Shown here: positions 39,201 to 49,200 of the stretch, piece by piece
Layout: each line of letters begins with the position of its first letter
Numbering within the stretch: the stretch's first letter is position 1
Assembly: GCA_944371605.1 (NCBI GenBank)
Contig: CALVXU010000024.1
Coordinates: forward strand, 4,382 to 68,381
Direction: 5' to 3'
Length of the DNA: 64,000 nucleotides
From: an uncultured Bacilli bacterium
GTDB taxonomy: Bacteria; Bacillota_I; Bacilli_A; RFN20; CAG-288
The notes under the pieces: model-generated
Databases searched by the model: none
What the model was told of the DNA's origin: nothing
Seen by the model: only the letters and a program-made list of their open reading frames with translations
Made by a program: the position numbers and the translations under genes

Positions 39201-40271
39201 ATGCAAGAGCCAATGCTTCGAGAGCAAAAAAGCTTAACAGCGGTAAATGATTTCTTTGAAGAACGACCTCAATTTGAGGAAAGTTTTAATCAAGAGAGCA
39301 ATACCATTATCAGGCTTGTCGCTCCTATCAAGGAGAACGCTAAGCCTTATAAGGTGACCGGTATACAGGACACAGCTTCTAACAACAATTGGAAAGCTTG
39401 GTTATATTTAGGGCCCGTCCTCATTTTATTAGTTGTTTTCTTACTTTATCCATTGATCAATACTATCTGCATCTCTTTCATGGACAATTATAGTCAAATC
39501 ACTGGACATTCAGATGGATTTACTTTGAATAACTTCGGAGTTATTTTTGGTATCACTGAAACTGCCTGTGGTGGTATTGAGCAGAACTTTTCTCAATATG
39601 CTATCCCTAATACTTTCATTATTGTTGTATTGACTGTTCCTATTTCAACCTTGATCGCTCTATTGATTTCTGTAGCTTTAAATTCATTAAAGTGGTTTAA
39701 AAAATTCTTACAGACTGTTTTCTTCTTGCCATATGTCACTAATGCTATCGCTATCGGTATGGTCTTCTCAGTCATGTTCGATAACCATGGTATCATCAAC
39801 ACCATTTTCCACACTGATACGACATGGATTGTCGGAGCTGATAGGGCTACTGCTATGGTGCCTCTTTGCATTTATATCGTTTGGTCATCGATTCCATTTA
39901 AAATTTTAGTTTTCTTATCTGGTTTACAAGGTATCGATGCTCAGTATTATAATGCCGCTAAAATCGATGGTGCTTCTAAAGCCAAGACGCTTTGGAAAAT
40001 CACAGTTCCGTTGATGTCACCTCAAATTCTTTATATCGTTGTCACTTCTTTCATAGGTGCTTTTAAGGAATATTCTTCCATCGTCGGTTTATTCAATGGA
40101 CCGGGTACGATCAACGGTTCTCATAATATGTATACAATTGTTTACTATATTTATGATAACCTCGCTACGCATACTTCTTATGCGGCTGCAGCTGCTGTCT
40201 TCTTATTTGCGGTCATCCTAGTCTTCACAGCTTTACAATTATTCGTTTCTAAGAAGAGAGTCTATTATTGA
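39201..40271 (+). CDS. CUT1 ABC permease (MalF/UgpA-like)
   Basis: FFLPYVTN, GLQGIDAQYYNAAKIDGAS EAA-type loop, 6 TMs. Confidence 0.93.
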   Translation: MQEPMLREQKSLTAVNDFFEERPQFEESFNQESNTIIRLVAPIKENAKPYKVTGIQDTASNNNWKAWLYLGPVLILLVVFLLYPLINTICISFMDNYSQITGHSDGFTLNNFGVIFGITETACGGIEQNFSQYAIPNTFIIVVLTVPISTLIALLISVALNSLKWFKKFLQTVFFLPYVTNAIAIGMVFSVMFDNHGIINTIFHTDTTWIVGADRATAMVPLCIYIVWSSIPFKILVFLSGLQGIDAQYYNAAKIDGASKAKTLWKITVPLMSPQILYIVVTSFIGAFKEYSSIVGLFNGPGTINGSHNMYTIVYYIYDNLATHTSYAAAAAVFLFAVILVFTALQLFVSKKRVYY

Positions 40272-41272
40272 TGGAGGGGAAAAGAATGTCAGAAACTACA
40301 AATTCTTTAACTATGAAAACCTATATTGATTTCTCCGAAGTCAAAATAAATAACAATATAACTTTATCATTAGCTGATTCGGGTCAAACTGTTGAAGCTA
40401 TGAGAAAAAGAGAGAAAGTCACATCTATCGTTTCTACGATTATTCTTTATGCTGTCGTTCTTTTCTTAGCTCTTCTTATGATTTTTCCATTCTATTGGAT
40501 GATCATCACTTCTTTGAAGAGTAAAGTCGAAATCGATTATATTGAACAAACTCTTTATCCTTCTGTCATCATGTGGTCGAACTATGTATATGTCTTCCAA
40601 ACATTTGACTTTTTACAATATATGGGAAATACGATCATCGTCGCAATCTTTTCCACTATCGGTACGCTTATAACTACTATTATCGCTGCTTTCGCCTTTG
40701 CTAGATTGCAATTTAAAGGACGTGAAGCTATCTTCTTAATCTTCTTGATGACGATGATGATTCCAGGTGAAATGATGGTTATTTCTAACTATATAACAGT
40801 CGCCAGTTTCGGTTGGATAGGAAATGGACAGACGAGAGTTGAAGCTTATGCTGCTATGATTGTTCCTTTCTGGATTTCTGTTTTCTATATTTATTTGTTA
40901 AGACAAAACTTCAAACAGATCCCTAATGAATTATATTTAGCGGCTAAAGTGGATGGTAAGTCAGATTGGTCATTTTTATGGAAAGTGATGGTACCATTAG
41001 CTATGCCGACATTGATTTCTATCACCATCTTAAAATTCATGGGAACTTGGAACTCTTATGTTTGGCCAAACTTAGTCACTAATGATGTTGACTTCCGCTT
41101 GATATCTAATGGTTTGAGAGGTTCAGCCTTCACCGATGCTGATACCGGTCAAACTTCATATGGTTATCAAATGGCAGCTACTGTTCTCGTCACTGTTCCT
41201 CTCTTCTTATTATTCATCTTCTTTAGAAAGTATATTATGAGAGGTGTTGGACGTGCAGGTATCAAAGGTTAA
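40268..41272 (+). CDS. CUT1 ABC permease (MalG/UgpE-like)
   Basis: FPFYWMIITSLK, FKQIPNELYLAAKVDG, WNSYVWP; true start may be the ATG a few codons downstream (GGAGG SD). Confidence 0.93.
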   Translation: MMEGKRMSETTNSLTMKTYIDFSEVKINNNITLSLADSGQTVEAMRKREKVTSIVSTIILYAVVLFLALLMIFPFYWMIITSLKSKVEIDYIEQTLYPSVIMWSNYVYVFQTFDFLQYMGNTIIVAIFSTIGTLITTIIAAFAFARLQFKGREAIFLIFLMTMMIPGEMMVISNYITVASFGWIGNGQTRVEAYAAMIVPFWISVFYIYLLRQNFKQIPNELYLAAKVDGKSDWSFLWKVMVPLAMPTLISITILKFMGTWNSYVWPNLVTNDVDFRLISNGLRGSAFTDADTGQTSYGYQMAATVLVTVPLFLLFIFFRKYIMRGVGRAGIKG

Positions 41273-41337
41273 GGTTTGATTTCTCATATCGAGAATTAAA
41301 CATATATTGAAAATGATTTCAAAAAGGAGGAAATCAG

Positions 41338-42822
41338 ATGAAAAATCTACTCAAAGTGTTGCCTCTTCTTTCTGTTTTAGTTCTTGCTGGATGTGATACT
41401 TCTTCTAGTGATAATCACACAGCTAACCCAGGTGAAGATTATGTGAGTGTAATCGATACTCCGGTCACAATTGACATTTGGACGACTATCGGTTCTGGTA
41501 ATCAAACAGCTTTTGATACTATGATTGATCGTGTTAAACAGCTCGAGCCGAATATCACCATCAATAACACCTATCAAAATAGTATGGGTTATGATGAACT
41601 TCATACTGCTATCGTCAATGGTTTCCCAGCTGATAACTATCCTGATTTAGCATATTGCTATCCTGATCACGTCGCTGACTATATCAACGCTGGTAAAGCT
41701 GTCGATTTAGACCAATTTATCAACGACCCTATCGTTGGATTATCTGAAGAAGATAAAGCTGACTATTTTGCTAAATTTATGGCTGAAGGTCAAGAATATT
41801 CGATTCCTGGCACTTATTCTGTTCCTTTTGCAAAATCCACAGAAGCTTTATATTATAGCGGTGCTTTGCTCGGTATTGATTTGAGTTCTATCGATTCTAC
41901 TATCAATGCAGGTAAACCTTTAAATGAAGCTTATTTCAATAATTTATCTTGGTCGGAATTGTTCGATAAACTTTGCCCAGCTCTCATCGAATATAATGAA
42001 CAATTAGCAAATGATGGAAAGGATGAAACAACTCCTCTTATCGATTTAGATTCTAACACTAACGCTGGTATCGTCGGTTATGACTCAGATGATAATCTTT
42101 TCATCACTTTAGCTCAACAATATGGTTATGAATATACTGGAATCGATGAAACAGGTAAGGGAAAAATCCTTTTCAATAATGATGGAATGAAAGAATTGTT
42201 GATGAAATTCCATAATTGGGCTAATAAGCGTTATATCGTTTCTCAAGGTACCACCGGTTCTTATACCTCGAACCTTTTCACTGCTAACCAGTGTTTATTC
42301 AGTGTATCTTCCACTGCTGGTGTTACCTATTTATGGAATCAAAATAATCCTAGAGTTGAAGTCGCTCCAATCCCTCATGCTGAAACTGAATCTGAGACTT
42401 ATAATGCTCAAATCTCTCAAGGACCTTCTTTCTGCGTCTTAGATCATGGCAGTGCTGAAAGACGTAAAGCGGCTTGGGTCGTCTATAAATTATTGACTGA
42501 TACTGTTAATAATACCGAATGGTCTATCAACACTGGTTATATGGGTATCAGACAATCTTTCTATGAGACTGATCAATATAAAGCTGCCTCTAGATTACCT
42601 TCTAGTGATGAAACTGAAGCAGCTTTATTAGCTAAGAACTGGCAATATTTACCTACTGTTAGTGATAGAGTTTATACTTCACCTGTTTTCAAAGGATCTG
42701 CAACTGTCAGAGATGTAGCTGGCGGTTTGATGACCACTGCTCTCACCAGAGGTGAATTGACTGAAGAAAAGCTTGAAGAAGCTTTTGTCAAAGCTGAAAA
42801 TGAGGCGAAGAACGCTCTCTAA
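41338..42822 (+). CDS. Extracellular solute-binding lipoprotein 1 (SBP family 1-like)
   Basis: Lipobox LAGC; YPDLAYCYPDHVADY, VPFAKSTEALYY, TGYMGIRQS; AGGAGG SD. Confidence 0.9.
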   Translation: MKNLLKVLPLLSVLVLAGCDTSSSDNHTANPGEDYVSVIDTPVTIDIWTTIGSGNQTAFDTMIDRVKQLEPNITINNTYQNSMGYDELHTAIVNGFPADNYPDLAYCYPDHVADYINAGKAVDLDQFINDPIVGLSEEDKADYFAKFMAEGQEYSIPGTYSVPFAKSTEALYYSGALLGIDLSSIDSTINAGKPLNEAYFNNLSWSELFDKLCPALIEYNEQLANDGKDETTPLIDLDSNTNAGIVGYDSDDNLFITLAQQYGYEYTGIDETGKGKILFNNDGMKELLMKFHNWANKRYIVSQGTTGSYTSNLFTANQCLFSVSSTAGVTYLWNQNNPRVEVAPIPHAETESETYNAQISQGPSFCVLDHGSAERRKAAWVVYKLLTDTVNNTEWSINTGYMGIRQSFYETDQYKAASRLPSSDETEAALLAKNWQYLPTVSDRVYTSPVFKGSATVRDVAGGLMTTALTRGELTEEKLEEAFVKAENEAKNAL

Positions 42823-42873
42823 AATTTGTTGATTGGAAGTAAGCCCATCTAAAGATATAGGAGGATATAGCTT

Positions 42874-44286
42874 ATGAAACATGCAAAATTATTATCAATG
42901 GTAGCTTTTCTACCTGTTTTAGGTGGGCTAGCTTCTTGTACACGTACTGTTGATAACACCATCTATTTTTGGCACACTTGTGGTCAAACAGTCGCCGCTG
43001 AATTACAAAATAGAATTGATGAATTCGAACAATTAGTTTTAAAAAATGAAGGCAAAGAGATCAACATTAAACTGAGTTATCGCGGAAGTTATGATGATAT
43101 TTTAAAAGCCGTCAGAACCGCTTTTTCTGCTGGCAAGCAGCCGACATTAGCTATCGCTTATCCTGACCATGTCGCTGAATATTTAGCTAGCGAGAATACT
43201 CCTGGTCAATATGTTGTAGATTTGTCTAAATACATCAATGATCCTGAGATCGGTTTTGGTAAGGAAGCTTGGATTGGTGATGGTGATACATCTGATTTTG
43301 TAGAAGCTTTCTATGAGGAAGGTTCTTCTTATGGTAGAGAAGGTATTTATTCTTTGCCTTTGATGAAGTCTACTGAAGTCATGTATTACAACAAGAGCAT
43401 TGTTTTACCACTTGTCACTGAATATAAGCCAGAATTAGATACTACCCAAAAAGCTGAAGATTGGATCGCTAATCTTTCTTGGGATGAGTTCATGGACTTC
43501 TGCTATTACATCAAAGATAATTATAATCCAGGTGGTGTTTCAGATTTTTGGCCAGCGTTTTATGATTCGGATTCTAATATGTATATCACTGCTTCCATGC
43601 AAGATAATATTCCTTTCTTAGGCTATGATTCTGAAAATAATGGAGAAGTGTTATTCAACAATCCTCAAGCTAAAGAGATGGTGCAACAATTTAAAACTTG
43701 GTATGATGATGGTCTTTTCAGCACCAAAGGTGTGACTGGCAAATATGGATCTAATTATTTTACAAACATAAGTTGTTTGTTCGATATCGGTTCTTCAGGT
43801 GGAGCTGGTTATAACTATCCTGCTGGTGGCAGTTTTGAGGTTGGAATTTGCAAAGTACCAGCATTTAATAAAGATAATCGCTTATATGTCACACAAGGTT
43901 TGACCGCTACTGTTTTAAAGGCCGGTGATGATTATGATGGCGAAAAAGCCTTATATGGATATAAATTTTTGAAATATCTAACTTCCACAGATGTCAACAC
44001 AGAATTATGTATCAATGGTTCGGAGGGTTATATCCCTGTGAGACAGTCTTGTTATGAGACAGATTTATTTAAAGATTTTTCTAGCAATACTAGCCTGATG
44101 GTAGGGCAAGTCGCTAACATCGTTGCTAGTGAGATACAAGGGAATTATTTCAATACTCCTTGCTTCAAAGGATCTGCATATGCTAGAGATGCTGTCGGCG
44201 GTATTTTATCGCAAGTCTTCACAAATAATCGTTCTATCGATGAAGCTTTTACTTTTGCTGAAAACGAGACTAAGAATCAGATGTAG
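42874..44286 (+). CDS. Extracellular solute-binding lipoprotein 2 (paralog)
   Basis: Lipobox LASC; PTLAIAYPDHVAEY, LPLMKSTEVMYY, GYIPVRQS. Confidence 0.9.
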   Translation: MKHAKLLSMVAFLPVLGGLASCTRTVDNTIYFWHTCGQTVAAELQNRIDEFEQLVLKNEGKEINIKLSYRGSYDDILKAVRTAFSAGKQPTLAIAYPDHVAEYLASENTPGQYVVDLSKYINDPEIGFGKEAWIGDGDTSDFVEAFYEEGSSYGREGIYSLPLMKSTEVMYYNKSIVLPLVTEYKPELDTTQKAEDWIANLSWDEFMDFCYYIKDNYNPGGVSDFWPAFYDSDSNMYITASMQDNIPFLGYDSENNGEVLFNNPQAKEMVQQFKTWYDDGLFSTKGVTGKYGSNYFTNISCLFDIGSSGGAGYNYPAGGSFEVGICKVPAFNKDNRLYVTQGLTATVLKAGDDYDGEKALYGYKFLKYLTSTDVNTELCINGSEGYIPVRQSCYETDLFKDFSSNTSLMVGQVANIVASEIQGNYFNTPCFKGSAYARDAVGGILSQVFTNNRSIDEAFTFAENETKNQM

Positions 44287-44299
44287 TGAGGTATAAAAA

Positions 44300-45694
44300 A
44301 TGAAAAAAAATATCTTGAGCTCCTTATTGATAATCCCGGTGATTGCTGTATCCATCACCACTAGTTGCACCAAGACAGGCGATGAACTTCCTGAGTGGGT
44401 TGACTATATAAATGATCCTTTAGTCAAGTTGAATCTCGACTATAATAACCATACCTTTGTCAAAGATGGTATCGAAGAAGTATCTTTAGCGACTGCTATC
44501 GATGGGGATACCGCTCATTTTAGAACAGCTGATAACGATTTGATCAAAGCTCGTTATTATGGTATTGACACTCCCGAGAGCACGGGTAAAGTTCAACCTT
44601 TTGGTAGAGGTGCTTCTAATTTCAATAAAGAAAAATTGCATGAGGCTGATGAGCACGGGACAATTGTCATCACCAGTGTCAGTGTCGATGAATATAAGGC
44701 TCCTAGTTTTGACTCTACTGGTGAGCGTTATGTTTCTTTGATTTGGATCAATACTGAAAAAGAACATGCTTCTTCTTCTGAATTGACACTTTTAAATTTA
44801 TGGATTGTTCAAGAAGGTTGGTCTGATGTCAAAAATGTCAATGATTTACCTCAATATCAAAATATCTTCTTTGCTGCTAATGAACAAGCTAGAATTTATA
44901 AAAAGAATCTCTATTCTGGAGTTGATGACCCATTATTCAATTATGGTGGTTATGAAGAAGCCATCATCCCAGATATCAGTAAAGAAATTATAGCATCCAT
45001 GCAAGATGAAACTCATGTCAATGAGTTTGATGGTAGAAAAGTCAGATTTAATGGAACTGTGGCTGGTTGGTCCAATAATATTCTTTATTTAACGACTTAT
45101 GATGAAGAAACAGACGAAAATTACGGCGTCAACTTCTTCACTGGCATGGGTGGAATTGATGATAGATATATTCAGCCGGGTGCTTATTTGGAAGTCTATG
45201 GATTATGTCAAGATGATGAAAACTTTGGTTTCCAACTCACCGATGGCAATTTCAATATTTATTCATCTGCTGATTCAGCGGCTCAAGTTGTTATCGAAGC
45301 GAGTGAAAACACCGCCTATCCGCTTCATGTCAATGAATTCATTCCTAGTGAATTAGGAGCAGCTAATTATGATGTGCTCAATTGTGCCGTCTCTTTGACT
45401 GAAGAGGTTGTTGTCAGCGATTGTTATATCAACAACAATACTTACACCTTATATTTAGAAGATACGGAAGGTAAACCTTTAGATTTTGATATCTATATTC
45501 CTTTTACTTATTATTTGGAACCTGGTAATTACAGTACACGTGTTGTTGATGAAAGTGTTATGATCGGTAAAAAATTCAACCTTTCTCATGGTGTTTACAC
45601 ATTCCATAAGACCACTTCCGGTAAAATCAATTGGCAGATCACTATCTGTAATAACAAAGATTTCTTAGTCGTAAATGAGGAAAATGAGGGCTAA
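44300..45694 (+). CDS. Thermonuclease (SNase-like) lipoprotein with C-terminal OB-fold-like region
   Basis: Lipobox TTSC; IDGDT, RYYGIDTPE, QPFGRGAS, DSTGER, LNLWIVQEGWS, EQAR...NLY: full SNase catalytic and metal-binding motif set. Confidence 0.92.
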   Translation: MKKNILSSLLIIPVIAVSITTSCTKTGDELPEWVDYINDPLVKLNLDYNNHTFVKDGIEEVSLATAIDGDTAHFRTADNDLIKARYYGIDTPESTGKVQPFGRGASNFNKEKLHEADEHGTIVITSVSVDEYKAPSFDSTGERYVSLIWINTEKEHASSSELTLLNLWIVQEGWSDVKNVNDLPQYQNIFFAANEQARIYKKNLYSGVDDPLFNYGGYEEAIIPDISKEIIASMQDETHVNEFDGRKVRFNGTVAGWSNNILYLTTYDEETDENYGVNFFTGMGGIDDRYIQPGAYLEVYGLCQDDENFGFQLTDGNFNIYSSADSAAQVVIEASENTAYPLHVNEFIPSELGAANYDVLNCAVSLTEEVVVSDCYINNNTYTLYLEDTEGKPLDFDIYIPFTYYLEPGNYSTRVVDESVMIGKKFNLSHGVYTFHKTTSGKINWQITICNNKDFLVVNEENEG

Positions 45695-45699
45695 AAATT

Positions 45700-46173
45700 A
45701 TGTATTGTTGTCATTGCGGATACGATTTAAATATCGATAAGGTGGAAAAGAGCGTAGATTCTCATACTTTATTTGAAGAGGCTAATATTGATACTGATGT
45801 GAAGTATGTCTGTCCGCGCTGCGGTCATTTGATTCATAAAAATGTCGATGAACAAGAAATTAAAACTTTATCTGCAGCTAGCCATGCTGAGATTCAAAGA
45901 GGTCGCAATTTCTTTGCTAACGGCATGTCTCTTAATCTTGTCGGTGCCATCATTCTTATACTAGCTATCATTTTTTTAGTATTATCACATAAACCAGCTA
46001 ATAATTTTGCTTTGGTCACCGATTGTCCAGAATTCTATGTTTCTGTCGTCGCCTTTGTTATCAGTGGGATTCTTATTGGAGTTGGGTTGGTACTGACTAT
46101 TATTGGTGTTCTTAAGAAAACCAAGTATCAGCAACTTCTTAAGGATATACAAAATCAAGTTTTCTTCCAGTAG
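45700..46173 (+). CDS. Zinc-ribbon + 2-TM membrane protein
   Basis: CCHCG and CPRCG pairs followed by two hydrophobic helices. Confidence 0.8.
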   Translation: MYCCHCGYDLNIDKVEKSVDSHTLFEEANIDTDVKYVCPRCGHLIHKNVDEQEIKTLSAASHAEIQRGRNFFANGMSLNLVGAIILILAIIFLVLSHKPANNFALVTDCPEFYVSVVAFVISGILIGVGLVLTIIGVLKKTKYQQLLKDIQNQVFFQ

Positions 46174-46216
46174 TGTTGTTTTTTTACATGAGATATCAAA
46201 AAAAGGAGGATAAATC

Positions 46217-49200
46217 ATGAAAAAGAAGTTCTTGTTGTCTCTCGTTGGTCTCTTATCTTTAGTCGGTATGGTTGGTTGTACCGAAACCTCTAGTCCAACC
46301 TCATCAATTGTTGAACCTATTGAATTAACTTCACTGTCAATCGCAAATAAAGAAAAATTACAAGAAAGATGGTTAACTACTGATGATTATCGTACAATCG
46401 AACTCACCAGTAATCCAGCAATTTTACCTCCTCAGGCACTTCAATCTGGTCTATTAACAGTTACTTCTTCAGATTCTACGATCATCGCTGTCACCGGTTT
46501 AACAATCACTCCTCAAAAAGCTGGTAAAGCTACTATCACTGTTAAATATGGCGACAAATCTGACTCAGTTGAAATAACTGTTTATGATGATATCACTATG
46601 ATTCCTACTAATGATGTCATCGCTTTATCTGAAGCAGATAAAACAATAACTTTTGAAATCAGTTCAACCAGTAATAGAAATAGTTTGACTGATTATGAAT
46701 GGTCTTCTAGTGATAATTCTATAGCTACTGTTAAAGATGGCGTCGTCACTGGTCTTAGCGCAGGCGAAGTTACAATCAAAGTCATAGATAAGGCCTTTGA
46801 GGGAAACGTAGCTGAATACAATATCACTGTTTTGGCTGATAAAGAAGTCATCACTCCTATCAAGGAAGTTGATTCTAATAAGATAAAAGCTGCCTTTACT
46901 GTTGATGGTGAAGTAGTCGCTAAAACTACAAAGGGATTCTTACTTTCTGATGGTGAAGCTGCTATTTATGTCTATTTGAACACTGCTCCTACATATGCTA
47001 TCGGTGATCATGTTAAAGTAAGAAATGTTGAATATGAAACAGGCAAATTTTCTAGCAGCACTTATAACGGGTTGCCTCAATTTACTGCTGATGCTGAAGT
47101 TGTGTTATTGAGCTCTGAATTTGATGGAACTATTCCTGAAGCGAAAGATTTAGATGTTTCTACTGCTAATTCATTTGGTGGAACCATCACTACTGCTTCT
47201 GTTCAAAAATACAAATGGTCGACAGTCACATCTGAATTAGATGATTATACAACTATCAATTTAGATGGTTCTAGCATGGTTATGGAACCTTCTTATATGC
47301 CAGACGAATTTAAGATTAGCCCATTTGGTTATTATGAAGTTGAGGCTTATTTCGGTGGCTATTCTTCTAGTCATGGTTATGCTGCTATGTATATCACCAA
47401 AGTCACTCAAAAAGATGTGACCGAAAACCTTTTATCTGTCAGCAGCACTGATGTGAACGTTTATGTTGAAAATTCAACAGATATTAATATCGTAGGGCTA
47501 GTTCCTGATGACTCTAAAGATAAAGTAGTTGTCAAATCTAATGATGAAAAGATTGCGACTATCGCTGCTGATGAAAAAGAAGAAACTGTTTATACCATCA
47601 CTGGTGTTGCTGAAGGTAATACAACTATCACTGTCACTTTAGGCACTGTTACTAAGACTATTAATGTAACTGTTTCTAAGAAGCTTGATGTGACTGCTAT
47701 TAAGGATATTGTGCCTCCATCAGATTATAATCAAACTGTTGGTGCCAAAATTAGGGCTGTCGTTGTCGCAGCAGATTCATATAATAGTGTTATTGTAGAT
47801 GATGGTACTGGTGCTATATTTATCGATAACAGAAATGATGGCAATCAAGATGGTGGAATAGTAGATGAAATGGAAGTTGGAAAGTATTATGAAATCACTG
47901 GAGAAGTGAATAGTAATTTTGGAACTCCATCGTATAAATCTGTTACTAGCGTTGAGAAACTTTCTGAAAAAGCACCAACTACTCAAACTGCTACTGAATT
48001 GACTGCCGAAGCTGCTGCTGCTTTTGCTGCTAAAGGCACTTATAAGACCACTGATCTTAAACCTTATACATTCACTGGTACTGGACATGTTGATGGCAAA
48101 TATAAGCAAATACAATTGGGTAGCACTACTATTCAGTTGATGAATTTGCCAAATAGTTTTAAAGTTGAGGAAGGAAAATCATATAAAGTAAGTGCATATT
48201 TATATGGATACAATTCGAGTTATTCATATATTCAAGCAATTGCAACTTCTGTTGTAGAGGATACTACAGGGGGAGGAGAAGAGCCTGAACCAGAGCCCAC
48301 ACCTCTCCCAACGCCCACTGAAACAACTATTGCTGAGTTGATTGCCAAAGATACTACTGATAACACAAATTTGTATAAAGTGTCTGGTATATTAGAAGAT
48401 AAGAAGAATACTGACAGATATGGAAATGGTTATTTGACTGATCCAGAAACTGGCGATAGTATTAAGATTTATGGATCTACTACCTCTGCTGTTGAAGATG
48501 TATTCAGCAATGTTGGTGGTGCATTAGATTTTGAAAACCCTGAAACAGCCGTTGAAGAATTAGCAGATATCAATAATGGCGACTATATCACTATGACCGT
48601 CAAATATGAATGCTATAACGGAACAGATGAAATCATGGGTGTTATTACTTCACATGAAACTTCAGATAGAAAGTATAGTGTTAATATTGCACCTACTGAA
48701 AATGGTTCAGTTACATCTGATAAAGAAGAATATGCTTATGGTGAAACTGTATCTTTAGCAATTAGTCCAGCAGAAAATTATCGTATTGGTAAAGTTACCG
48801 TAACAAATGCATGGGGAGGTGCAGTGACTACAACTATCGGCGAAAATAACACTTATACTTTTGCTGCTACTGCTATAAATAATGTTACTGTCACTTTTGA
48901 AAGCTCTACTGCACAAGCTTCTAATTATGTAATTAAATCTATAGATTTAGGCTTGGGTGCTTATCCTGATGAAGAACAAAGTAAAGATTTATTAGTTTCA
49001 GGCACAACAATAACATTTAAGTATTATAATTTAGGCGATTATGGTAATGGCATCCAATCAAAGCAGGACGGAGTTTTAAGAAATACAACTGCATTGCCGT
49101 TAGCTATTGATAGCATTGAATTCCATTATAATTCTAAGCAAGTTAGTACTAAATCAGGTATTGCTGTTACATTTGGCACTGAGGAAATTTCTTCTAAAGG

